A DNA stretch of 64,000 bases from assembly GCF_050253495.1 (NCBI RefSeq), contig NZ_JBFWIX010000008.1:63189-127188 (forward strand), written 5' to 3'. This document shows, in pieces, positions 29,761 to 38,476 of this stretch. This DNA is from Acidocella sp. GTDB lineage: Bacteria; Pseudomonadota; Alphaproteobacteria; Acetobacterales; Acetobacteraceae. The notes under the pieces are model-generated. The model was not told the DNA's origin, ran no database searches, and saw nothing but the letters and a program-made list of their open reading frames with translations. Position numbers and translations under genes: made by a program. Numbering within the stretch: position 1 is the first letter of the stretch; every line of letters starts with the position of its first letter.

Positions 29761-30621
29761 ATGGCTCCTTTTTCGTTGCAAAATTTGCCTGAAATAATGG
29801 TGCGGCCTGTTGTTGAAGCGGCGTTACTTGAGGATCTCGGCAGAGCGGGTGACATAACATCCGAGGCTGTTATACCGCCTGATTCAAGATGCAATCTTGT
29901 TTTGACAGTACGGGAGAGGGGGGTTGTCGCGGGATTGGAGTTCGCCAGATCGGCTTTTACCTTAATCGACCCAACTATTACGTTTAAGTCTGTTTGCGCG
30001 GATGGAGAACATGTCGATGCGGGGACGATATTGGCATCCATTGAAGGTCCTGCCCGTGGAGTTTTGATGGGTGAACGCGTCGCCTTGAATTTTTTGGGGC
30101 ACTTATCGGGGATTGCGAGTGCAACAGCACGGATTGTGGATGCCATCAAACATACCAAGGCGAAAATAGTCTGTACACGTAAGACGACGCCTGGGCTTCG
30201 TTTTGCCGAGAAATATGCCATTAGGGCTGGTGGTGGAGTGAATCATAGGTTTGGCTTGGATGATGCTATTTTGATTAAGGACAATCACATTGCCATTGCT
30301 GGCGGGGTTGCGAACGCGATGACTAGGGCCAAGCTCTATGCTGGGCATTTGGTAAAGATTGAAGTTGAGGTGGATAATTTAGTTCAGCTTGAAGAAGCGC
30401 TGCATTACCAGCCGGACGCCATATTGCTGGATAATATGCCCCTCCCGATTTTGCGCGAAGCAGTAAACTTAATTCAAGGGCGGGCAATCGCCGAAGCGTC
30501 GGGGGGGATCCGTGTCGAAACAGTGCAAGCCGTGGCGGAGACAGGGGTTGATTTAATCTCGGCTGGATGGCTGACCCATAGCTCCAAGGTTCTGGATATA
30601 GGACTTGATTTTGCCGGGTGA
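29761..30621 (+). CDS. nadC: Nicotinate-nucleotide diphosphorylase (carboxylating) NadC
   Basis: I placed the start at MAPFSLQNLPE, 1 nt after the nadB stop. Typical blocks: EDLGRAGDITS, TRKTTPGLR, HRFGLDDAILIKDNH, LLDNM. Confidence 0.9.
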   Translation: MAPFSLQNLPEIMVRPVVEAALLEDLGRAGDITSEAVIPPDSRCNLVLTVRERGVVAGLEFARSAFTLIDPTITFKSVCADGEHVDAGTILASIEGPARGVLMGERVALNFLGHLSGIASATARIVDAIKHTKAKIVCTRKTTPGLRFAEKYAIRAGGGVNHRFGLDDAILIKDNHIAIAGGVANAMTRAKLYAGHLVKIEVEVDNLVQLEEALHYQPDAILLDNMPLPILREAVNLIQGRAIAEASGGIRVETVQAVAETGVDLISAGWLTHSSKVLDIGLDFAG

Positions 30622-30645
30622 TCGATCTGGAGTAAATCAGTCACG

Positions 30646-31818
30646 ATGCAGGAATATGACTCTTATTGGCGGCAAGCGCTGGAGAATGCTGATGTAACGC
30701 GCAGGTTGCGCAGGCTGCGTTCAGTTCAACGTTTAGGTGCCGGCAAAATCAGGTTTGGGGAAGGAAAAATTCTCACTGATTTTTCATCTAACGACTATCT
30801 GGGGCTCTCTCATCATCCAGCTTTGCTTCAAGCCGCGGGCGATTATGCTGAGCGTTTTGGAGCGGGCGCAGGTGGATCACGCCTTGTTTCCGGGAACTTG
30901 GCTCCCTTGGAGCAGATTGAACATAAGCTGTCTCAGGGCAAGCGAACGGAAGCTGCTCTTGTGTTTGTGTCCGGCGCACAGGCTAATTTAACGCTTCTTC
31001 CTGCCTTGCTGGACGCGCGCGTCTTAGGGAAAGAGCCGCTTGTTTATGCGGATCGTTTAAATCATGCAAGCTTGATTCAAGGTTGTATCGCGGCTGGTGT
31101 AAGACAGAACCGTTTTCGCCATAATGATATGGAACATCTCCGTGACTTGTTGGTGCGAGATGCCGCCAAGAAGGCCCCGCGTTTTATTGTGACTGAGTCG
31201 GTTTTTAGCATGGATGGCGATGTACCTGACTTGGTGGCGTTGAGGGAACTTGCCGATCAGTTTGGCGCATTTCTTTATATCGACGAGGCGCATGCGACTG
31301 GTGTTCTTGGAACGGATGGTTTCGGGCTGGGCTGTGGGTTGAATAACGCCCTGGTTATGGGAACCTTCAGTAAGGGGTTGGGTGGTTTCGGCGCTTATGT
31401 AGCAGGCTCAGAGATGCTGCGGAATTATTTGATCAACCGTTGTGGTGGAATCATCTATGCGACAGGGCTGCCGCCGGCGGTTTTGGGTACCATGAATGCG
31501 GCTTTGGATCTGATCCCATCCATGGAAACAGAGCGAGAACACCTCGTAGCCATGGCGACACATTTGCGAAAGAGGCTACAACAGGCAGGGTTGAATACGG
31601 GTGCTTCCACAACGCATATCGTGCCTTTGATTTTAGGGGATGAGGAGCATGCGCTCTCTTTGGCATCGGCTTTGGTGGATGATGGATTTTATGCTGTTGC
31701 GATAAGACCTCCGACGGTTCCTCCGGGAACGAGCCGTTTGCGCCTTGCTGTATCGGCTTGTCATACACGAGAAGACATTGACCGTTTGGCAGATGCGATC
31801 ACGCGGCGCATTCAATGA
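30646..31818 (+). CDS. bioF: 8-amino-7-oxononanoate synthase
   Basis: PLP-dependent alpha-oxoamine synthase blocks: SNDYLGLS, HASLIQG, DEAHATGV. The PLP-lysine region is TFSKGLG. Confidence 0.85.
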   Translation: MQEYDSYWRQALENADVTRRLRRLRSVQRLGAGKIRFGEGKILTDFSSNDYLGLSHHPALLQAAGDYAERFGAGAGGSRLVSGNLAPLEQIEHKLSQGKRTEAALVFVSGAQANLTLLPALLDARVLGKEPLVYADRLNHASLIQGCIAAGVRQNRFRHNDMEHLRDLLVRDAAKKAPRFIVTESVFSMDGDVPDLVALRELADQFGAFLYIDEAHATGVLGTDGFGLGCGLNNALVMGTFSKGLGGFGAYVAGSEMLRNYLINRCGGIIYATGLPPAVLGTMNAALDLIPSMETEREHLVAMATHLRKRLQQAGLNTGASTTHIVPLILGDEEHALSLASALVDDGFYAVAIRPPTVPPGTSRLRLAVSACHTREDIDRLADAITRRIQ

Positions 31819-32543
31819 ATCGTATCGCTGAAAATTTTTCCATGGGGGCTGGGCATTATGATGAGGTTGTTAAAATACAGCCTTTAGTCGCAGCTAAATT
31901 GGCTGCCAAGCTCGCAGGCCAACCTAGGCGGATTTTGGAGATTGGCTGTGGTACGGGAGCATTGAGCCAGATCCTGGCAAGACGGTTTCCTGAAGCGGAA
32001 TTGGTACTGACCGATATTTCCCCTCCAATGCTTGAAATTTGCCGGAAAAAATTAGCGGGACAGGCTTCGTTTAACCTGATGAACGGAGAGTTTCCTGATT
32101 TATCCTTGGGACATTTTGACCTGATAGTCTCCAGCCTGGCGATGCAATGGTTCGCGGATCTGCAAGGGGCGATTGCGCGTTTGGCCTTGTTGTTGAATGA
32201 AAATGGATGCTTGGCCTTTGCGACATTAGGGAGCCTGAATTTTTTGGAATGGAGAGAGCTGCTGAAGAGGCTTGGACTTCAGGCCGGAATGTATGATTAT
32301 CCAAAATCTGATGCATTTCCCTGGCCCGTGGGTTTGAACGGCAAGATCGGAGAAGAGTTTTTTCAGGAAAGTCATGCCAATGGTTTGGCTTTTCTTAAGG
32401 CGCTGAAAATGATTGGTGCCCACTCTCCTCCGGCGGGGCGCCAACCATTGCCGAATGCCGCGATGAAGAGAATTCTCAGCGCTTCATCCGAGGGGTTTAC
32501 AGTCACATATCATGTTTTGTACGGCGATTTGACGATAAGGTAG
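31815..32543 (+). CDS. bioC: Malonyl-ACP O-methyltransferase BioC-like class I SAM methyltransferase
   Basis: SAM motif ILEIGCGTG and a SSLAMQW block resembling the BioC SNLALQW. ATGA overlap with the bioF stop. Confidence 0.65.
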   Translation: MNRIAENFSMGAGHYDEVVKIQPLVAAKLAAKLAGQPRRILEIGCGTGALSQILARRFPEAELVLTDISPPMLEICRKKLAGQASFNLMNGEFPDLSLGHFDLIVSSLAMQWFADLQGAIARLALLLNENGCLAFATLGSLNFLEWRELLKRLGLQAGMYDYPKSDAFPWPVGLNGKIGEEFFQESHANGLAFLKALKMIGAHSPPAGRQPLPNAAMKRILSASSEGFTVTYHVLYGDLTIR

Positions 32544-32601
32544 TTTCGGAAATTGCATGCGGCGGGATGGCGAAAAAGCAGAGAATGCTCATTGATTTGC
32601 T

Positions 32602-33642
32602 TTAAAACAGCTTTTCGACGGATGCTGTGAAATAGGGGTTAATCAATGTTTCGGTTACCCCATCCAATGATGAGGGGTGCCATTTTGGCATGCGATCTTT
32701 GTCTACCACGGCCGCACGCACACCTTCATAAAATTCATTGGTGGTGAGAACGTGCGCGCAGGCTGTATATTCCTGCTGCAGGCAGATGTTCAGTGTTTGA
32801 GCGTGGCGGGCAAGGCGTATCAGGCGTAGTGCCACCTGCATGCAGGTTGGAGATTTTGATGCCATGATCTCCAGTGTCTGATATGCGAAATCCGTGTTTG
32901 CTTGTTTTAATGCCGAGATAATTTTCCTGACATCGTCAAATCTAAAAAGCTGGTTGATGTCTTCAAGATAGGGCGATAATGGTGCCGTGATTGTTTCACA
33001 AAGCGGCGTTACGATGTCCATGGCTTGGGCGGTGGACGCGGTGCGGGGAAGTCTGGTTAACGCATCGCCGAGTTCCGGCAGTCGGATGCTAGGCACGAAT
33101 TTGTCCGCCAATCCGGCCAGGATGGCATCGGCGCCTGTGACGCTCTGGCCGGTCAAGGCTAGATAAGTCCCCAATTCTCCTGGAGCGCGGGATAACAGCC
33201 AGGAGGCGCCGACATCAGGAAAAAAGCCGATGCCTGTCTCGGGCATTGCCAACCGAGTACGCTCGGTGACGATTCTGACGGAGCCATGGGCTGAGACGCC
33301 CACGCCGCCGCCCATCGTGATGCCATCCATGAAAGCGATATAGGGCTTAGGAAAGGCGGAGATTTGGGCGTTCATACGATATTCGTCGCGAAAGAAAGCC
33401 ATGCCGAACGATTGACCGGAGGCGCGATGCTCATAAAGGGCTCGAATATCTCCCCCCGCGCAGAGGCCGCGTTCACCTTCGCCTGTTACCAGCACGGCGC
33501 TGATACCGTCATCGGCGGCGAACGTGGCCAGTGCGGTTGAGATGGAAGCAATCATCTCATGGGTCAGGGCGTTAATTGCCTTGGGACGATTGAGCTTGAT
33601 ATGGCCCAATGTTCCTTCCTTGGCGATCAGGATTTCTGACAT
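32602..33642 (-). CDS. Enoyl-CoA hydratase/isomerase family protein, 3-hydroxyisobutyryl-CoA hydrolase-like
   Basis: Crotonase N-terminal domain (LNRPKAINAL, CAGGDI, MDGITMGGGVG) with the long C-terminal extension typical of HIBCH-type hydrolases. Confidence 0.75.
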   Translation of the reverse strand: MSEILIAKEGTLGHIKLNRPKAINALTHEMIASISTALATFAADDGISAVLVTGEGERGLCAGGDIRALYEHRASGQSFGMAFFRDEYRMNAQISAFPKPYIAFMDGITMGGGVGVSAHGSVRIVTERTRLAMPETGIGFFPDVGASWLLSRAPGELGTYLALTGQSVTGADAILAGLADKFVPSIRLPELGDALTRLPRTASTAQAMDIVTPLCETITAPLSPYLEDINQLFRFDDVRKIISALKQANTDFAYQTLEIMASKSPTCMQVALRLIRLARHAQTLNICLQQEYTACAHVLTTNEFYEGVRAAVVDKDRMPKWHPSSLDGVTETLINPYFTASVEKLF

Positions 33643-33761
33643 TTACTTCTCCCATTGATTCCTTCCTGATTTCATAGGCGGGGGGACGGGTTTTGTCAGC
33701 ATTTGGACGGGATGTGTCAAAAGCTCTTGCGGCTTTGGCGTCAATCTGAAATTAGGGCAGT

Positions 33762-34712
33762 ATGTATCACGTTGTTGCGTCGGTTTTTCCGGTTTTCGCG
33801 CTGATTCTGCTTGGTTATTTGGCCGCGCGGCGTGGTATTTTGGGGCCAGAGGCAACGGATAGTCTGAATAAATTCGTGGTCTGGCTGGCGCTGCCCGCTT
33901 TGTTGTTTCAGGCCATGGCCCAGATCATGTGGGATCAGATCGATCATTTAGGTTATATTGGTGCATTTACCATCGGTGCCGTTGCAACTTTTGGTTTATC
34001 CTTCTTGTTTGGTGGAAGAAACCGGCCGGACGGGCACAGGCTGGCGGATCGCGCCATCGAAGGGCTGAATGCCAGCTATTCAAATACCGGCTATATGGGT
34101 ATTCCCCTTTGTCTGGCCGCGATAGGGCCAGGTAGTCTGGTGCCGTCGATCATCGCGACCATCGTCATCGCCTGCGTGCTGTTCGCTGGCGCGATCATAC
34201 TGATAGAGTTTGATCTTCAGGAAATGCCAGATTGGCATGCCACCATCTTCAAGGTGCTGGTGTCCTTGCTGCGTAACCCTCTGATTTTTTCTCCATTGCT
34301 GGGGATGGTGGCTGCGTTTTTGCGTGGTGAGACCGGTTTCAGTCTGCCGGCGCCGGTGTTTCATATGACGAGCCTGCTTGGGGCCGCTGCCAGCCCTTGT
34401 GCCTTGGTGACGATTGGTTTGTTCCTGGCGCAATCAAGCGCATCCAAGGAGGAAGGAGTCATTTTACGCTTGGTTGGCCTGAAGTTGATCGTGCAGCCGG
34501 CCATTACGCTGGTGCTGGCTTATTGGGTATGGCCAATGCCGCCTGTCTGGGCGGAAACAGCTGTTATCATGGCGGCATTGCCAATTGGCACGGGGCCCTT
34601 CATGTTGGCCAAGCTTTACGACCGGGAAGCGGCGATTACCTCTCGTGCCATATTGGTGTCCACGATTTTGTCGCTTATCACGGTTTCCTCGCTGATTGCT
34701 TGGCTGGAGTGA
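33762..34712 (+). CDS. AEC (auxin efflux carrier) family transporter
   Basis: 316 aa with about 10 TM segments. The N-terminus (PVFALILLGYLAARRGIL) is typical of the family. Confidence 0.8.
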   Translation: MYHVVASVFPVFALILLGYLAARRGILGPEATDSLNKFVVWLALPALLFQAMAQIMWDQIDHLGYIGAFTIGAVATFGLSFLFGGRNRPDGHRLADRAIEGLNASYSNTGYMGIPLCLAAIGPGSLVPSIIATIVIACVLFAGAIILIEFDLQEMPDWHATIFKVLVSLLRNPLIFSPLLGMVAAFLRGETGFSLPAPVFHMTSLLGAAASPCALVTIGLFLAQSSASKEEGVILRLVGLKLIVQPAITLVLAYWVWPMPPVWAETAVIMAALPIGTGPFMLAKLYDREAAITSRAILVSTILSLITVSSLIAWLE

Positions 34713-35475
34713 GGCAGGAGAATGGTCAATCTGTATGGTTCCGGGCTGGCATACAGAAAATTGACTTGCGTATAATGAAGCAAGCCCTTGACCGGGTGGA
34801 GGAAGCACCGATTACCGCCGCTTCGGGACTGGACATCCTGAGCTTTCCAAAATTGCCTGAAATCAGAAGAGCTTTGATGTAGTTCATCAAGCAGCCGGGC
34901 GCGGTGAGGATCTTCCGGTGCGCGGACGGTTTCCCCACGGAATTCCGCCACCAAACGTCGTGCATTGCTTGCCCAATCCTGAATGAAGATACGCGCCGTG
35001 GGAACGAGAAAGACAAAGCGCAGCAGGTTGGCTTCCTGGCTTTGATACCAGGGGGCAAATAGGTCGCGGGCGGCCGGGTTCCAGGCGCGTGCGGTGAAAC
35101 GCGCATCCAGCACATAGGTTGGGGCCTGAATGACGTTCAGCGATGCCAGCAGGGCCGGTGGAAGGGGAGACAAGGCAGGTAAGGGGGCGATGGTTGCGGG
35201 ATCGCGCCGTCGGCCAAGTTCAAACAGATATGCCCGTTCCACCGGTGTGAGGTTCAATCCCTCTGACAGCAACGTAAGTGTCCTGGTGGTCAGGGATGTG
35301 TCTCGCCCTTGTTCGATCCAGGTGTAAAGCGTTGTACTTAGCCCGCAGCGTTGTGCGGCTTCCTCCCGGCGCAGGCCAGAGGTGCGCCGCCGACCCATGG
35401 CATGTTCCGCAATAAGCGCCTCACGCCGGGCGCGAATGAAGGCTCCAAGCGCCTTGCGTTGTGGTGTGTCGTTCA
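34616..35475 (-). CDS. XRE-type HTH regulator with MmyB-like C-terminal domain
   Basis: I placed the start at MNDTPQRKALGAFIRARRE. The HTH is followed by a ~200-aa domain (NLLRFVFL...) resembling MmyB-like regulators. The start coordinate is approximate, within a few nt. Confidence 0.7.
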
Positions 35476-35483
35476 TGGTGAAT

Positions 35484-35516
35484 TTTATACCAGTATAATT
35501 TTGCTGCTTATACCAG
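35484..35516. promoter_or_regulatory. Repeated TTATACCAGT boxes in the divergent promoter region; the first is part of the palindrome TTATAC-CA-GTATAA
   Basis: Read directly from the sequence: ttataccagtataa at 35484-35497 and ttataccagt at 35507-35516. Confidence 0.4.
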
Positions 35517-35559
35517 TTTGAATCCGTTGTTAGCTTGATGAAGATTTTAGGAGGCAAAG

Positions 35560-36318
35560 ATGAGTCAGGAAAATTTCGCGGCATCGCATTATGGCGATCG
35601 AGCAGAAGCCTACGTGCAAAGTCAGGTCCACGCATCGGGAACTGATTTGGACGAGATGGAGATTGTTTTAAGTCGTCGAGACATTTCTAAAGCGCTGGAT
35701 TTGGGGTGTGGCGGGGGACATGTGAGCTATCGGGCGGCCTTATATGCCGCACATGTGACGGCATGCGACGTGACGCCAAGCATGTTGGATGCCGTGGCCA
35801 GGACCGCTCGGGAAAAAGGGCTGAACAATATCGAGACGTGTCTGGCGCCAGCGGAAAAACTGCCGTTTGGCGATGCAAGCTTCGATGCTGTTCTGTGCCG
35901 TTTTAGCGCCCATCATTGGGTTGATTTTTCCGGCGGATTGCGGGAGGCGCGCCGGGTTGCCGATATGGGGGCCGTGGGGGTGTTTATCGATACAGTCGCG
36001 CCGCCCGGAAGCGTATCCGATACCCATCTGCAAGCGATGGAGTTACTGCGCGATCCCTCGCATGTCCGTAACTATGCTGTCGCGCAATGGTGCGGGGCAT
36101 TGGCTGAGGCGGGGTTTGCCGTTCAGAGTTGCACGACCCGCCGGGTGCGTATGGAGTTTGAAAGCTGGGTGAAGCGCACGCACACGCCGGTGCATATGGT
36201 GGAAGCGATTTTAGGGCTTCAGCGCGGCGCACCAGACATTGTCGGCCGGTATTTCGCCATTGCTCCGGATGGCAGCTTTGATCTGGACGTGGCGACCATG
36301 ATCGTGAGGGCGATTTAG
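35560..36318 (+). CDS. Class I SAM-dependent methyltransferase (Methyltransf_11/UbiE-like)
   Basis: SAM motif ALDLGCGGGH, and FDAVLCRFSAHHW. AGGAGG-like RBS upstream. Confidence 0.8.
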   Translation: MSQENFAASHYGDRAEAYVQSQVHASGTDLDEMEIVLSRRDISKALDLGCGGGHVSYRAALYAAHVTACDVTPSMLDAVARTAREKGLNNIETCLAPAEKLPFGDASFDAVLCRFSAHHWVDFSGGLREARRVADMGAVGVFIDTVAPPGSVSDTHLQAMELLRDPSHVRNYAVAQWCGALAEAGFAVQSCTTRRVRMEFESWVKRTHTPVHMVEAILGLQRGAPDIVGRYFAIAPDGSFDLDVATMIVRAI

Positions 36319-36320
36319 CT

Positions 36321-36878
36321 TCAAGCGAGCATGGTGGCGAGGTGATTTGCGGCTTGGCTCCAAAGTTGGCTCATTGCGGCGGTGATGGTGTCGGCGGTTT
36401 GACCGCCAGCCGCGCTGGCTGTGAAATTGCTTAGATTCCAATCTTGTTTACCAGTAGGACGAGTGCCGAACTGAGCGGCTAGTTTGACGGTTCCGGAAGC
36501 GTCCGGAGCGAAGGAGAAAATCTGTATTTCCACAATTTGGTCGGGAGAGGCGCCAATGGCGCCTCCATCCGCCAGAATGGTATCGGCTGGCAGGCGTTGG
36601 GCTAAATTCTCGACCATGGTCGTTTGCAGCATTGAGGCAAGGGGGCCGGCCCACAAGTCGTTTGGGAACGTGTTGGCGGCATAAAGACCGCCGGGCTTGG
36701 GAACACCTGTCTGATTGAGGGGGCTCGGCAGGCCAATGCTACGCACACCGACACGTATGCCGCTGCCATGACGGATCGGTCCAGGCAACGCGACGATCCG
36801 CCAATTGTGAACAGGAGCGGATGTGCAGCCAGACAGCAGGGCCGCGCAGGATGAGGCGATGATAAACCGCCGTTTCAT
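36321..36878 (-). CDS. pqiC: PqiC-like ABC-transport auxiliary lipoprotein
   Basis: Lipobox AALLSGC. Size and position after pqiB support the call. ATGA overlap. Confidence 0.7.
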   Translation of the reverse strand: MKRRFIIASSCAALLSGCTSAPVHNWRIVALPGPIRHGSGIRVGVRSIGLPSPLNQTGVPKPGGLYAANTFPNDLWAGPLASMLQTTMVENLAQRLPADTILADGGAIGASPDQIVEIQIFSFAPDASGTVKLAAQFGTRPTGKQDWNLSNFTASAAGGQTADTITAAMSQLWSQAANHLATMLA

Positions 36879-38476
36879 GAACCGTTCCTTCCAAAGATCA
36901 TCGATTGCGGATGTTGGTTGAGATAGGTTGCCAGCGCCTGCAAGGATTGCAGCGTCGTGGTGGTTTGATTCAGAATTTGCATCAGGCTTCTCTGAAAATC
37001 GGAATCCTGGCCGAAACCCTGATGTATGTCTTGCAAGGTGGTATCGGCGGTTTTCAATGTCGCCGAGAGTTGCGTGAGCAATATCTTCACCTGAGGAGCC
37101 CCCAAGGTGCCGTTTGCGGTCTTCAGCAATTTATTCAGATTATCTCCAATTTCCTGAAACGGCATCTGGTCGATTTTGGCGGTGATGTCGGCTGCATTGG
37201 CTAGGGTTGCATCCAGTCCGCCCTGCTTGAAGGGAAGGACGATGGCATTGCCTTCCTTGTAGACCTTTACGGGCGCCTTGGCCTTGGGTTCCATGACCAG
37301 GTTGATCTCTTTTTGGCCCGTGACGTAATTGGAGGAGCCGATTTCGACCCGCATGCCATTGTCCACGAAACGCTGGAAAAACTGCAGTGGATGGGGAATG
37401 GTTCCATCTTTCGCTTGTTCCAGAAGTTTTTGGGGTAATAGCTGCATGCCAATTCGGACCTTCGCTTGGCCGGACTTTGGACTTAGAACAAGATTTACGC
37501 TCGTGACATCGCCCACCTGGATGCCCAGAGCATTGACCGGAGAGCCCGGGGTTAGGCCGTTGACATTGCTGGTTACATAGCTGACGGCTTGAATCTGGTT
37601 GCTATATGCCGCCGACTCAGCCTGTTGTTGCGAGGCGTAAAGCCGGAAACTGGCATCGTCCTGGCTGGGGCTCTCATCGCGGGACGAGGGAGGAAGGTTG
37701 AAGGTGATGCCGCCAGCGATCACCGCCTGCAAGGATTGCAATTGCAATTGCAGGACACCGCCCTTGATGCCGAAGGCTATGCCGGAGGAGTCCCAGAAAC
37801 GGCTACCTGGGCGAACAAGATTGTCGAATGGCGCGCGGATGAAGATGCTGATCTTGATGGGGCCAAGACCATCGCCCATGTCGTAGCCCAAAACCTCGCC
37901 CACGGTGACATCGCGGTAAAAAACCGGAGAGCCCGAGGCGATGGAGCCAAGCTTATGGGCGGTCAGCGTGTAGGTGCGCCCAGGTTCGTCGGAACGGACA
38001 CCTGGGGGTTGTTCCAGGCCGACAAAATGACTTTCATAATGTCCTCCAGGTTTTCCTGGATCGACAGAAATATAAACACCTGAAACGATCGTTTCAAAGG
38101 ATGACATGTCGGAGAAATTCAGCCGTGGCCGTACGACCCAATAACGGGCGTTGGAGTTTAGAAAACGCGTGCCGACATGATTCATCCGGACCTTGACGAT
38201 GACATGGGTATTGTCCTTCGCCAGATCGATGCTTTCCACCGTCCCCAAGGCGACGGCCTTGTATTTGACTTGTGTTTGACCGGCTTGCAGCCCGTCCGCG
38301 CTTGTGAAGGTAAGGGTGAGGAGCGGCCCTTGCTCCATGATTGTCCTATACCCGAGATAGCCCGCGATGATCGCCGCCACGATTGGCACCAGCCAGACCA
38401 TCTGGAAGCTCTGGCGCCGGAGCTTGGCGCGTGGAGGCGTGGGAGAGGGAGTTTCCGGGGCGTCCTGGTTGCTCAT
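36875..38476 (-). CDS. pqiB: PqiB-like intermembrane transport protein (multiple MCE domains)
   Basis: N-terminal TM followed by repeated MCE-like modules. Operon context with pqiA. Confidence 0.85.
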   Translation of the reverse strand: MSNQDAPETPSPTPPRAKLRRQSFQMVWLVPIVAAIIAGYLGYRTIMEQGPLLTLTFTSADGLQAGQTQVKYKAVALGTVESIDLAKDNTHVIVKVRMNHVGTRFLNSNARYWVVRPRLNFSDMSSFETIVSGVYISVDPGKPGGHYESHFVGLEQPPGVRSDEPGRTYTLTAHKLGSIASGSPVFYRDVTVGEVLGYDMGDGLGPIKISIFIRAPFDNLVRPGSRFWDSSGIAFGIKGGVLQLQLQSLQAVIAGGITFNLPPSSRDESPSQDDASFRLYASQQQAESAAYSNQIQAVSYVTSNVNGLTPGSPVNALGIQVGDVTSVNLVLSPKSGQAKVRIGMQLLPQKLLEQAKDGTIPHPLQFFQRFVDNGMRVEIGSSNYVTGQKEINLVMEPKAKAPVKVYKEGNAIVLPFKQGGLDATLANAADITAKIDQMPFQEIGDNLNKLLKTANGTLGAPQVKILLTQLSATLKTADTTLQDIHQGFGQDSDFQRSLMQILNQTTTTLQSLQALATYLNQHPQSMIFGRNGS

